The translations under genes were made by a program, and so were the position numbers. The notes beneath the pieces were generated by a model. The model was not told where the DNA came from and did not search any database. It was given only the letters and a program-made list of their open reading frames with translations. Shown piece after piece: positions 55,803 through 64,000 of a DNA stretch of 64,000 nt (positions within the stretch are counted from its first letter, which is position 1; every line of letters begins with the position of its first letter). This stretch comes from Gemmatimonadota bacterium. GTDB taxonomy: Bacteria; Gemmatimonadota; Gemmatimonadetes; Longimicrobiales; Gaopeijiaceae. The DNA lies in NCBI GenBank assembly GCA_027623325.1, contig JAQBXY010000001.1, positions 67,511-131,510 of the forward strand, given 5' to 3'.

Positions 55803-56175
55803 GGGCTCCGACGGGAAGGTCACGGACCGCCAACATGACCTCCCCCGCAGAGCCTGAGCAATGCCGTCGGGTGCGAGAGACAGGTCGCACCCCACGCCAC
55901 AGACCGGGACTCTCTGGGCCGACAGTAGGGTGCGAACCTAGCGTGAGGGTCTCACCGTGAACAACCGTCGCGCAAACACAGCCTTGCGCCATACGTTTCT
56001 CGCACGTTAAACAACACGAAAGTTCGTTCCATCAACACGCCCAAGACCGCCGCAGGATCAACAGCTTGGTGCCCTTGGGTTACATACAACGGCAGACCGG
56101 TCCCCGGGTCGCACCTCCTTGCACCTGACCGCCCGCCGTTTCTCGATTCCAGAACCCGACTTTCGACTTCATCAT

Positions 56176-56721
56176 ATGAGCGACGACAAAGCCGAGAACG
56201 GCGCCGAGCCTCGGCGCAATTTTATTGCGAGCGTCGGCGCACTCTGTGTCGCCGCAGCGGCGTCCATCGTGCCCCTAGCCGCGGGCGCGGCCGCTCTTTT
56301 TGATCCGCTGCGCCGGGGCCGGCGGGACCTGAGCATGATCCTCGTCACAAAGCTCTCGTCGGTCCCCGAAGACGGCGCGCCAAAGAAGTTCACGATCGAG
56401 ACGGATCGGGTGGACGCCTGGACGACCTATGAGAATACACCCGTCGGGGCGGTCTACCTTCGACGGACCCCGACTGGGGTGGCGGCGCTCAACGTGGTGT
56501 GTCCGCACGCCGGGTGTTTCGTCGGGCTCATGCCCGACAAGTCCCGCTTCGGCTGCCCCTGCCACAAGAGCAGCTTCGACCTGGACGGTGTTGTGAATGA
56601 CGCCAACAGTCCGAGTCCGCGCGACATGGACGCGCTCGAGGTAGAAGTCCGGAACGGTGATGAGGTCTGGGTGCGTTTTCAGAACTTCCTGCCAGGCAGA
56701 GAAGAGAAGACAGCCATCTGA
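56176..56721 (+). CDS. Rieske [2Fe-2S] subunit of a cytochrome bc-type complex
   Basis: Tat-like RRNFIASVGALCVAAAA anchor. CPHAGC...CPCHKSSF Rieske motifs. Confidence 0.85.
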   Translation: MSDDKAENGAEPRRNFIASVGALCVAAAASIVPLAAGAAALFDPLRRGRRDLSMILVTKLSSVPEDGAPKKFTIETDRVDAWTTYENTPVGAVYLRRTPTGVAALNVVCPHAGCFVGLMPDKSRFGCPCHKSSFDLDGVVNDANSPSPRDMDALEVEVRNGDEVWVRFQNFLPGREEKTAI

Positions 56722-58508
56722 TGCGCGAACTCCTCGATTGGCTCGATGACCGCACCGGGTATCGGGGGCTGCTGAAGAGCGCCCTCTTCGAACGCATTCC
56801 GGGTGGCGCGCGGTGGCGCTACGTCTGGGGGAGTACGCTCACCTTCGCCCTGTTCGTGCAGTTCGTCACCGGCCTCGCCCTTTGGGCCGCGTACAGCGCG
56901 AACGCCCAGGGCGCCTGGGAAAGCGTCTATTTCATCCAGAACCAGATGCTCGGTGGGTGGATTCTGCGTGGTGTGCATCACTTCACGGCGCAGGTCACGA
57001 TCATCCTCCTCGTCCTGCATCTCATGCAGGTCTTGATCGATGGTGCCTATCGGGCGCCGCGCGAGGTCAACTTCTGGTTCGGGTTAGGCCTGCTCTTTCT
57101 GGTACTCGGGCTCTCCCTAACGGGCTATTTGTTGCCCTGGGACCAGAAGGGCTATTGGGCTACCAAGGTCGCGACGAGCATCGCGTCGATGACGCCCGTG
57201 GTCGGACCGGCCATGCAGCAACTACTGATCGGCGGAGCCGAGTACGGGCACCACACTTTGACCCGCTTCTTCGCCCTCCACGCCGGCGTTCTCCCGGCCG
57301 GAATCGTCCTGTTGGTGGTGGGCCACATCTATCTCTTCCGCCGGCATGGAGTCACTGTTTCCGAAAAGGGTCGCGAAAAGCCGGACGGCTTCTTCTGGCC
57401 GGAACAAGTGCTCCGCGACGGCGTCGCATCGCTGGCGGTCATGGCCACCGTATTGGGACTCGTCCTCTGGACCGGCGGGGCGGATCTCGGGGCCCCGGCC
57501 GACCCGACCGAGCCCTACGCGGCAGCCCGCCCCGAATGGTACTTCCTCTTTCTGTTCCAGTGGCTAAAGTACTTTCCGGCAGGGTGGGAGGTGGTTGGTG
57601 CTCAGGTCATCCCCGGCCTCGTGGTCGGACTCGTTGCGGCCATGCCCATCATCGGTCAATGGCGACTCGGGCATCGTTTCAACCTCGGGGTCGCGGCGTC
57701 ACTGCTTCTCGGTATCGCTGTGTTGACGTGGACCGCCCGTGCAGAGGACGCTGCCGACCCGGACTTCGTATCCGCCAGAGCGGCGGCCGAGGTGGTCGAT
57801 CACCGCATCGGGGAGCTTGCCTCGTCGCCGTCGGGAATCCCCATAGGGGGTGGCCTGGCGCTTCTGCGGAGCGATCCCCTCACCCAGGGACCGCGGCTCT
57901 TCGAGGCGAACTGTTCGAGCTGTCATCGCGTCGACGGTCACGATGGTTTGGGGAGGATCCCGACCGACGAGGCCGCTGCCTCGGACCTGGCCGGCTACGG
58001 CAGTCGGCAATGGCTGAGCGGACTCCTGGACCCGGAGCGTATCGCCACACCTGAGTACTTCGGGGCCACCGAACACGCCAACGGGCGCATGGCACGGTTC
58101 GTCCAACGCGGCGTTGCGGGAATGTCGCCTCAGGAACTCCAGGATCTCCAAAAGGTGATCATGGCGGTGTCGGCGGAGGCCGCGCTCCCCGGACAGGCGT
58201 CGCTCGATGCGGCAGCCCAGACGGACATCGCAGAGGGGCGCGCCTTGATCAGCAGTGAAGCCATCAACTGCACTCGCTGCCACACGTTCGGCGACATGAC
58301 CGAAGGTGACGTCGGACCTGTATTGAGCGGCTGGGGCTCCCGAGCCTGGATGCTCGGGTTACTCCACGACCCCGAGCAGGAGGAGTACTACGGCGCCGAC
58401 AACGACCGCATGCCCGCATTCGGAGCCGAAGGTATCCTCAGCGAGGACGAGATGGGGCTGATCGTAGACTGGCTTCGCGGGGACTGGTACCGCTCGCCCG
58501 CCCGCTAG
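56721..58508 (+). CDS. cytochrome b (b + subunit IV-like) fused to a C-terminal dihaem cytochrome c domain
   Basis: ATG overlaps the Rieske stop by 1 nt. Cytochrome b haem ligands sit in GVHHFTAQV.../HLMQV and LPWDQKGYWAT. The C-terminal soluble part has two CxxCH motifs (CSSCH, CTRCH). Confidence 0.85.
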   Translation: MRELLDWLDDRTGYRGLLKSALFERIPGGARWRYVWGSTLTFALFVQFVTGLALWAAYSANAQGAWESVYFIQNQMLGGWILRGVHHFTAQVTIILLVLHLMQVLIDGAYRAPREVNFWFGLGLLFLVLGLSLTGYLLPWDQKGYWATKVATSIASMTPVVGPAMQQLLIGGAEYGHHTLTRFFALHAGVLPAGIVLLVVGHIYLFRRHGVTVSEKGREKPDGFFWPEQVLRDGVASLAVMATVLGLVLWTGGADLGAPADPTEPYAAARPEWYFLFLFQWLKYFPAGWEVVGAQVIPGLVVGLVAAMPIIGQWRLGHRFNLGVAASLLLGIAVLTWTARAEDAADPDFVSARAAAEVVDHRIGELASSPSGIPIGGGLALLRSDPLTQGPRLFEANCSSCHRVDGHDGLGRIPTDEAAASDLAGYGSRQWLSGLLDPERIATPEYFGATEHANGRMARFVQRGVAGMSPQELQDLQKVIMAVSAEAALPGQASLDAAAQTDIAEGRALISSEAINCTRCHTFGDMTEGDVGPVLSGWGSRAWMLGLLHDPEQEEYYGADNDRMPAFGAEGILSEDEMGLIVDWLRGDWYRSPAR

Positions 58509-58521
58509 TCGTTCGCCCGCG

Positions 58522-58917
58522 CTAGTTGTTCTCGGCGCCCTCGGCGATCCATGTCCGAATGAGCTCGATCTCATCGGCCGGAACCGGATCGCCGTCCTCG
58601 GGCATGTCGCCGGACTCGATCATCTCGATCAACAAGCTCCCGTCGGGGTCCCCGGCTTCTACGACGGTGCCGTAGTCCGAGCCCGCCATGACGCCTTCGT
58701 AACTGTCCAGCCTCAAACCCAGCTCCGAGCTCTCTGCGCTGTGGCACTCGGAGCATCGGGCTTCGAGGATCGGGGCGATCTGATCCGCGAAACTCACGGC
58801 GTGGCTGGACGTCTCATCGGATGACGACGCGGAACGTACGTCGGCACCCGCGTGGATCGTGAGCCCGAACCCGACCGTAACGGCCAGCGCAGAGAAGACA
58901 TCGGCACGAAGCAGCAT
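58522..58917 (-). CDS. small membrane-anchored c-type cytochrome domain protein (PSCyt1-like)
   Basis: IAPILEARCSECHSAESSELGLRLDSY matches the planctomycete-type cytochrome c domain with its CxxCH motif. Confidence 0.65.
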   Translation of the reverse strand: MLLRADVFSALAVTVGFGLTIHAGADVRSASSSDETSSHAVSFADQIAPILEARCSECHSAESSELGLRLDSYEGVMAGSDYGTVVEAGDPDGSLLIEMIESGDMPEDGDPVPADEIELIRTWIAEGAENN

Positions 58918-59006
58918 TGGATACTATTCCTCCGGCGAGCTATCGGTCGCCTTGAATATCGTGTGGTTGGGGCTAGTACTATCGACGGCTTCGGGCGGTT
59001 CCCGTA

Positions 59007-59966
59007 CTACTCCGCCTTGAACAAGTCCGTGGATATGTAACGTTCGGCGAAAGACGGCAAGATCGCCACGATCGTCTTGTTCTCCATGCCGGCGCGTTTC
59101 GCGACCTCGATGGCGGCCCAGATGGCCGCGCCGCCGCTTATTCCACACGGCAGCCCCTCGGTGCGAGCCGCGTCACGAGCCATCACGAAAGCGTCGTCGT
59201 TCGCGATCGTCATGACCTCGTCCACGATACTCATGTTGAGGATCTCGGGGATGAACCCGGCACCAATCCCCTGAATCATGTTGCCGGGACCCGGCTCTCC
59301 GCCCGACATCACAGGGCTCGTCAGTGGTTCGAGGGCGATCGAATGCAGCTCCGGATTTCGTTGCTTCAACACCTCGGAGACCCCCGTGATGGTCCCACCC
59401 GTGCCGACACCTGCGACGAATACGTCGATTTCGCCGCCGGTGTCACGCCAAATTTCTTCGGCCGTGGTCCGGCGATGTATCTCCGGGTTCGCCGGGTTTA
59501 CGAACTGACCCGGCTGAACGGCTCCCTCGATCTCTTGAGTGAGTCGGTCCGCCGCGGCGAACGCGCCGCCGATACCCTCTTCCTTCGGCGTCAAAACGAC
59601 CTCGGCACCGAGGTGCTCGAGCATGCGGACTCGCTCCACCGACATGGTTTCGGGCATCGTCAGGACACATCGATAGCCCCGCGACGCGGCGACGAACGCG
59701 AGCGCGATACCGGTGTTGCCAGACGTCGGTTCTACGATCGTGGAACCCTTCTTCAACACACCTCTTCGCTCCATGTCGTCCACCATGGCGACGCCGATTC
59801 TGTCCTTCACGGAGGCCATCGGATTGAAGAACTCGCACTTCAGCAGAATATCAGCCGTTACTTCATGCTTGGCCTTGAGGCGCGGGATCCGGACCAACGG
59901 TGTGTCGCCTATTGTCGAAGCAAACGTGTCGTACACTCTGCCGCGCCCCGGAAGGTGTTCAGTCAT
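59007..59966 (-). CDS. cysK: cysteine synthase A (O-acetylserine sulfhydrylase)
   Basis: IGDTPLVRIPRL. PLP lysine in FFNPMASVKDRIG. PTSGNTGIALA. GVGTGGTITG. Confidence 0.9.
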   Translation of the reverse strand: MTEHLPGRGRVYDTFASTIGDTPLVRIPRLKAKHEVTADILLKCEFFNPMASVKDRIGVAMVDDMERRGVLKKGSTIVEPTSGNTGIALAFVAASRGYRCVLTMPETMSVERVRMLEHLGAEVVLTPKEEGIGGAFAAADRLTQEIEGAVQPGQFVNPANPEIHRRTTAEEIWRDTGGEIDVFVAGVGTGGTITGVSEVLKQRNPELHSIALEPLTSPVMSGGEPGPGNMIQGIGAGFIPEILNMSIVDEVMTIANDDAFVMARDAARTEGLPCGISGGAAIWAAIEVAKRAGMENKTIVAILPSFAERYISTDLFKAE

Positions 59967-60131
59967 TCGGTCCCCTCGCTCGTGTTCCAGTCTCGAAAAG
60001 TGGAACCCCATCCTACGCCCTTCCGCCGCGCGGGCCAGCGTTCAGGGCAAGACGTGGTTGCGCGGATGTGACGATCTCTGTCCTCTACGAGGCCAGGCCG
60101 GTTTTGCTCGCGACCCCAGGAGCCACCATTC

Positions 60132-60998
60132 ATGTTTCGCTTCCAGAACTTCGTGACCGTTTTGTGTGTCTTCGCAACGGCATCGGCTTGCGGCCCGGAG
60201 GCACAGAACTCTGGCGACGACATCGACACTTCATCTCCTCGGATCGCCCTATCGCCAACCGGGCCCGGAGAGATGCCACCGGCGATCATCGGCAACCGGG
60301 CCTCGCTGGGTGGTGCCGCCGTGCGGTATGTGACCGGCGACGCGCACACGATCGGGTACCTCGCTGTGCCCGAGGGGGACGGACCGTTTCCCGCCCTCGT
60401 CATCATTCACGAGTGGAATGGATTGGTTGATCGCGTCCGCGAGGTCGCGGACGACTTCGCGGCTGAGGGATATGTGACCCTGGCCGCAGACCTGTATCGT
60501 GGCGCCGTCGGGACGAACCCCGAGGAGAACATCACATTGATGAACGCGGCTACAGCAGATATGTCCACCGTCGTCGGCAATTTGAATGCTGCAGTGGCGT
60601 TCTTGCGCGCCCGATCGGACGTGACAGGTCGCGTGGGCGCTATGGGATGGTGCTTTGGCGGGGGCATCGCTCTCTCCTTCGGCCTCGATGGTGTCGACCA
60701 CGAGGCTACGGCGATCTTTTATGGCCGTTTGATCGACGATCCTGAGGCACTGGCCCGAATGGACCACGAGGTGTATGGCACCTTCGCCAGCCTCGACTCC
60801 GGTCCCTCTCCGGAACAGGTCACCGCGTTCCAGAGCGCACTGGAGGCAGCAGGAATCGAGAACGATCTCCACATCTACGACGAAGTGAATCACGGCTTCT
60901 GGCTGAGGATCGACCAGGACGTCCCGGGCCGGGGAGCCGCTGGCCTCGACGCCTGGAACCGCCTCAAGGCCTACCTCGATCGGACCCTGAACGACTAG
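60132..60998 (+). CDS. dienelactone hydrolase-family lipoprotein
   Basis: Lipobox FATASAC. PALVIIHEWNGL. Nucleophile region MGWCFGGG. C-terminal HGF. Confidence 0.8.
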   Translation: MFRFQNFVTVLCVFATASACGPEAQNSGDDIDTSSPRIALSPTGPGEMPPAIIGNRASLGGAAVRYVTGDAHTIGYLAVPEGDGPFPALVIIHEWNGLVDRVREVADDFAAEGYVTLAADLYRGAVGTNPEENITLMNAATADMSTVVGNLNAAVAFLRARSDVTGRVGAMGWCFGGGIALSFGLDGVDHEATAIFYGRLIDDPEALARMDHEVYGTFASLDSGPSPEQVTAFQSALEAAGIENDLHIYDEVNHGFWLRIDQDVPGRGAAGLDAWNRLKAYLDRTLND

Positions 60999-61029
60999 GG
61001 ACGCACAGGCCAACCGGGGACTGCCGGCG

Positions 61030-61827
61030 TCAGCCGCTCCGGAGACGGCGGCGTTGGTCACGCCGCTCGAGCCTGCGGCGACGACGAGCATCCCGAGCCG
61101 TCTCTCCGGTCTCGCGCACCGCGACCTCCACGCCTGCCATGAGCGCGATCCCCGTAACTCGGAGCGTGGGAGCGTGTGGGTCGGGATGAATCGAGCTGTC
61201 GGCCATGTATTCGAACCCGCCCATGAGCGCGATCCCCTGACTTTCGACGTTCATCCCCGGTGGAACGATGATCTCCACGCCGCCCCACATGGTGAATACC
61301 TGAATCTCGGTAACCCCAGGGGGGAATATGGCTTCCCGAAGATCAAGCTCGACCCCACCCATGACCGCGACGGCGATGTTCTTTCGAGCCGGCCGCCAAC
61401 GACCGTTTCGCACCTCTCCACGCAGACATGCGACGACGAATTGACTGTCCTTCACATGCGCGGCAGAAGTCACCGTGTACTGGGGCACTGGGGCTGGAAC
61501 CGTACCCGCCGCGCTCGCCAATACTGGCAGATCGCCCCCGCCAGGCAGGTCTCGCAGGAGCTCCTTCAATTCGTCGCCGCTGGTGGCACTGTGGGCAACG
61601 TCCACCCGTCGCTCGAACTCGTCGACATCCATCACGTCGTTCGCGAAGTGCTCCATCAATGCATCGATGGTCACCTGGCGCGTTTGGTTCAACGGGGCCC
61701 GGCCCCCTCCTCTCCCTCGGACATGCCCATCACAACTCCTAGTTGATCCATGCCATTGGTACGAAACGAATCTACTCGGTCTTCCAGTACGGTGGCGTAA
61801 CCGGAGTCGGCAACTCATCTTGTCCAC
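61030..61827 (-). CDS. DUF1707 (SHOCT-like) + LiaF-C-terminal-like domain protein
   Basis: DVDEFERRVDVAHSATSGDELKELLRDLP resembles DUF1707. The repeated GGVEL/GGVEI/GGFEY beta-strand pattern resembles the LiaF/DUF2154 C-terminal domain. The true start is uncertain. Confidence 0.55.
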   Translation of the reverse strand: MDKMSCRLRLRHRTGRPSRFVSYQWHGSTRSCDGHVRGRGGGRAPLNQTRQVTIDALMEHFANDVMDVDEFERRVDVAHSATSGDELKELLRDLPGGGDLPVLASAAGTVPAPVPQYTVTSAAHVKDSQFVVACLRGEVRNGRWRPARKNIAVAVMGGVELDLREAIFPPGVTEIQVFTMWGGVEIIVPPGMNVESQGIALMGGFEYMADSSIHPDPHAPTLRVTGIALMAGVEVAVRETGETARDARRRRRLERRDQRRRLRSG

Positions 61828-61865
61828 CCGAATTCATCGAACGAGCATAGTAAAGGAGCTCGACC

Positions 61866-62264
61866 ATGCGCGCATTCCCGTCGAGGACTTGGGTCCTCAT
61901 CGTATTCGCTCTCGCTCTCGGACTAACCGGCTGCGCCTCAGGCGGCGGGAGCGGCGATAGCGCCCGCGTCGCGGGCTCGAGTGCGAACCGGATCGTTCGT
62001 GCGGAGCTCGAACCCCTCTCCCAGATCGACGGGTATCAGGCGGTTGAGAGACTTCGTCCACGATGGCTGCAGTCGCGCGGAGGCTCGTCGGGTAGCGGCC
62101 CGGTCTTCTACGTCGACGGCGCTCGACGCAACGACCTCAACGACCTGCGGTCGTTTCGGACCGCTGACATCGAAGGACTGCAGTTCATGAGCGCCGCCGA
62201 CGCGAGCACTCGTTTTGGTACAGGGCACGCCGATGGCGCCATCTTGTTGACCACGCGACGCTGA
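61866..62264 (+). CDS. small lipoprotein with TonB-dependent-receptor plug-like motif
   Basis: AAAGGAG Shine-Dalgarno. Lipobox LGLTGC. FYVDGARRNDLNDLRSFRTADIEGLQFMSAADASTRFGTGHADGAILLTTR resembles the end of a TBDR plug/carboxypeptidase-regulatory junction. Confidence 0.55.
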   Translation: MRAFPSRTWVLIVFALALGLTGCASGGGSGDSARVAGSSANRIVRAELEPLSQIDGYQAVERLRPRWLQSRGGSSGSGPVFYVDGARRNDLNDLRSFRTADIEGLQFMSAADASTRFGTGHADGAILLTTRR

Positions 62265-62288
62265 CGCGGCACAACTCAGCGAACTAAG

Positions 62289-62329
62289 CGCCGGGCCACC
62301 TCTCACGGGGTGGTCCGGCGTTCGTTTTT
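62289..62329 (+). terminator. Rho-independent terminator
   Basis: CGCCGGGCCACC-TCTCACGG-GGTGGTCCGGCG, 12 bp including one G-U pair, followed by TTCGTTTTT. Confidence 0.7.
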
Positions 62330-62338
62330 CATCAGGGT

Positions 62339-63508
62339 TCACTGAACCAATCCGCGCGCAAACCGTTCGAGCACGTCGGCACACTTTCTGATTTCGTCCA
62401 CGACGATCCACTCATCCTCAGTGTGTGCCTGCTCGATGCTTCCGGGGCCGAAACAGACCGCGGGAATGCCAATTTCGTTGAGAAAGGCAGCATCGACCCA
62501 CGCGGTCATGCCTTCAACGGCCGGTGGCACATGAAGCGCTCGGCAGGCATCAAGAAGTCCCATCACCAGGGGGCTCTCCACCGGCACTTCGGTGCCTGGT
62601 CGTTCAAGCGTCATCTCGAGGGTTGCGTTCAGCGATGGTTCTTGGCCTCGAAGCGTTTCGAGTACGGAGTTGAACTCGGAGACCACCTGCATCGGGGACT
62701 CCCACGGCATCGTCCGACGCTCAATCAGCAGCGTGCATTCGTCAGGATACACTGACTCTGCGGTCCCCCCGTGAATGGTCCCCGCGTGGAACGAGCCGTG
62801 CCCCAGCAACGGATGTGCTCGTCGCTCCAAGAGCGTCGCTGTGTAGGGCTCCAGGGCAGCCAGGAACAGTCCCGCGTGGCGGATGGCATCGATACCGCGA
62901 TCGGGTCGCGACCCGTGCGCCGCCCTCCCGCGAAACACTGCCCTGAGCCAAACGAAGCCTTTGTGGGCAGGCATGATACGAAGGCTCGTTGGTTCGCAGA
63001 CGACCGCTAGGTCTGCCTCTACTCCCCCGGCCACGAGCGCAGCCATTCCGAGACTCGCGTGCTCTTCATCGGCCGTCAGCGCAACGATGAGTTTAGGCCG
63101 CGGGCCGACTTCGGCCAATCGAGCCGTGGCCGCGAGGATCGCCGCCACACCCCCCTTCATGTCGCATGCACCCCGACCAAAAAGTCGGCCCTCGTCCATC
63201 ACCGCGGCGAACGGTTCAACGGTCATTCCCTGAACGCCGACGGTGTCGAGGTGACCGTTCAGGAGGAGCGTGGGACCCTCGCCCTCGAGTCGCCCTACAA
63301 CGTTCCACCGCCCCAGCGCTACTTCCTCGAGTGCGGTCGTGAGCCCCCAGCCCTTGAGGAGGTCGGCCACAATTTCGGCGATGCAGCGCTCGCCCGCGCC
63401 CCCCGGGGCCAGAACCGGATTGACCGACGGAATCGACACCAGGAGTCGTGCCAGCGCGACCGGGTCTCCGGCCCGCGCTTCAACGGAAGAGGTTAGTTCC
63501 ATGTCCAT
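62339..63508 (-). CDS. M20-family metallohydrolase (ArgE/DapE/acetylornithine deacetylase-like)
   Basis: LLLNGHLDTVGV, CDMKGG and LTADEEHASLG motifs. ATG 63508 is chosen; the upstream part of the ORF looks non-coding. Confidence 0.8.
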   Translation of the reverse strand: MDMELTSSVEARAGDPVALARLLVSIPSVNPVLAPGGAGERCIAEIVADLLKGWGLTTALEEVALGRWNVVGRLEGEGPTLLLNGHLDTVGVQGMTVEPFAAVMDEGRLFGRGACDMKGGVAAILAATARLAEVGPRPKLIVALTADEEHASLGMAALVAGGVEADLAVVCEPTSLRIMPAHKGFVWLRAVFRGRAAHGSRPDRGIDAIRHAGLFLAALEPYTATLLERRAHPLLGHGSFHAGTIHGGTAESVYPDECTLLIERRTMPWESPMQVVSEFNSVLETLRGQEPSLNATLEMTLERPGTEVPVESPLVMGLLDACRALHVPPAVEGMTAWVDAAFLNEIGIPAVCFGPGSIEQAHTEDEWIVVDEIRKCADVLERFARGLVQ

Positions 63509-63647
63509 GTATGCGAAGGGTCGGGAGCTTCGTCCAACCGGGGGCTGGAGGGGTGTGACGGAACCGTCCTGACAGCCGTGGATATTACCGACGTAAGGTG
63601 TTGGAAACGAGGGAGTTGAAGGTCGGTTCACAGCAGAGGGGAGAGAG

Positions 63648-63815
63648 ATGAAGAACTTCGCGATCGGGCTGCTTGGTGCGGCCGCACTCGCGACGACGAT
63701 TCTCTTGGTGCGCCAGCAGAAGGAGATCGAGTCGAGGCAGACCCGCTTGATTCCCGCGGGAGAGACTCAGCCCAGTACTCTTTCGCTGCAGCGTATCCGG
63801 GAGCTTGGCCTATAA
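63648..63815 (+). CDS. small (55 aa) membrane-anchored hypothetical protein, absent from the supplied ORF track
   Basis: GGGGAGAGAG immediately precedes ATG 63648. It encodes MKNFAIGLLGAAALATTILLVRQQKEIESRQ... (one TM helix plus a charged tail), ends with TAA at 63813..63815, and is followed by a strong hairpin. Confidence 0.4.
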   Translation: MKNFAIGLLGAAALATTILLVRQQKEIESRQTRLIPAGETQPSTLSLQRIRELGL

Positions 63816-63843
63816 TACGAATCGTCGTTCGAGCGGGATGAAA

Positions 63844-63878
63844 AGAGCGGCGGCGGGCGTCTTGCCCGCCGCCGCTCT
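63844..63878. terminator. bidirectional Rho-independent terminator
   Basis: AGAGCGGCGGCGGGC-GTCTT-GCCCGCCGCCGCTCT, a perfect 15-bp stem. It is followed by GTTTCTC on the + strand and by TTTTCAT on the - strand. Confidence 0.75.
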
Positions 63879-63907
63879 GTTTCTCGAAGTCTCGTAGTTG
63901 CCGGGCC

Positions 63908-64000
63908 TACTCGAAATGGACCTTGTTCTTCTCGATGTAGCTGGTCCACTCACTCGGCACGTCCGTGTCCGGAAAAATCGCCTGGACCGGACACTCCGGT
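63908..64000 (-). CDS. 4Fe-4S ferredoxin, C-terminal fragment (gene continues beyond the window)
   Basis: The minus-strand frame reads ...PECPVQAIFPDTDVPSEWTSYIEKNKVHFE*, typical of the FdxA-type ferredoxin C-terminus. Confidence 0.6.

Noticed and set aside
55869-55950. Hairpin and repeated GGGTGCGA, considered as a tRNA or tRNA fragment
   Set aside because: No cloverleaf can be drawn, and there is no T-loop GTTCRANNC or anticodon-arm geometry. I found no tRNA, rRNA, tmRNA, RNase P or SRP-like signature anywhere in the window by eye. A tRNAscan or cmscan run would be needed to be certain.
56813-58054. 413-aa alternative-frame ORF inside the cytochrome b/c gene
   Set aside because: Its composition is extremely Arg/Gly/Pro-rich. 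The overlapping frame has clear cytochrome b and CxxCH motifs.

Overview
Visibly GC-rich bacterial chromosomal segment. About 60 densely packed protein-coding genes lie on both strands, and many are linked by 1-4 nt stop/start overlaps (ATGA, GTGA, TGATG). Gene content points to a Gemmatimonadota- or Acidobacteriota-like diderm, by inference only: a PadR + ADOP duplicated permease pair, an LVIVD/Big_2 protein, a cytochrome b fused to a dihaem c, and many lipobox proteins. Recognisable blocks in order: MerR/TipA regulator with a textbook 19-bp-spacer promoter; S9 peptidase; lutABC coupled to a cyclase-cyclophilin fusion lipoprotein; APC permease coupled to a split ThDP decarboxylase; LVIVD protein, lipoprotein and M6 metalloprotease; PadR + ADOP permease; sufCBD-Rieske-sufSU; ogt; FAD oxidoreductase and Zn-ADH; serine hydrolase; M28 and M19 peptidases flanking a decayed adenine phosphoribosyltransferase remnant; thiolase; a 306-bp inverted-repeat element; a three-gene envelope operon; thioesterase; DASS symporter; a 2Fe-2S/Mo/FAD oxidoreductase operon of 4-hydroxybenzoyl-CoA-reductase type; bacilliredoxin; an M1-M20-cupin-DUF1028 operon; Rieske plus cytochrome b/c; cysK; further hydrolases. 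I saw no rRNA, tRNA, CRISPR array, transposase, integrase or recognisable defence gene. The region looks mostly like core or accessory metabolism rather than an island. The two items I would look at first are the 306-bp element at 37759-38064, which sits exactly between two convergent stop codons, and the adjacent uncharacterised lipoprotein / beta-barrel / lipoprotein operon at 38065-41896. All family assignments come from motif recognition by eye; no searches were run.
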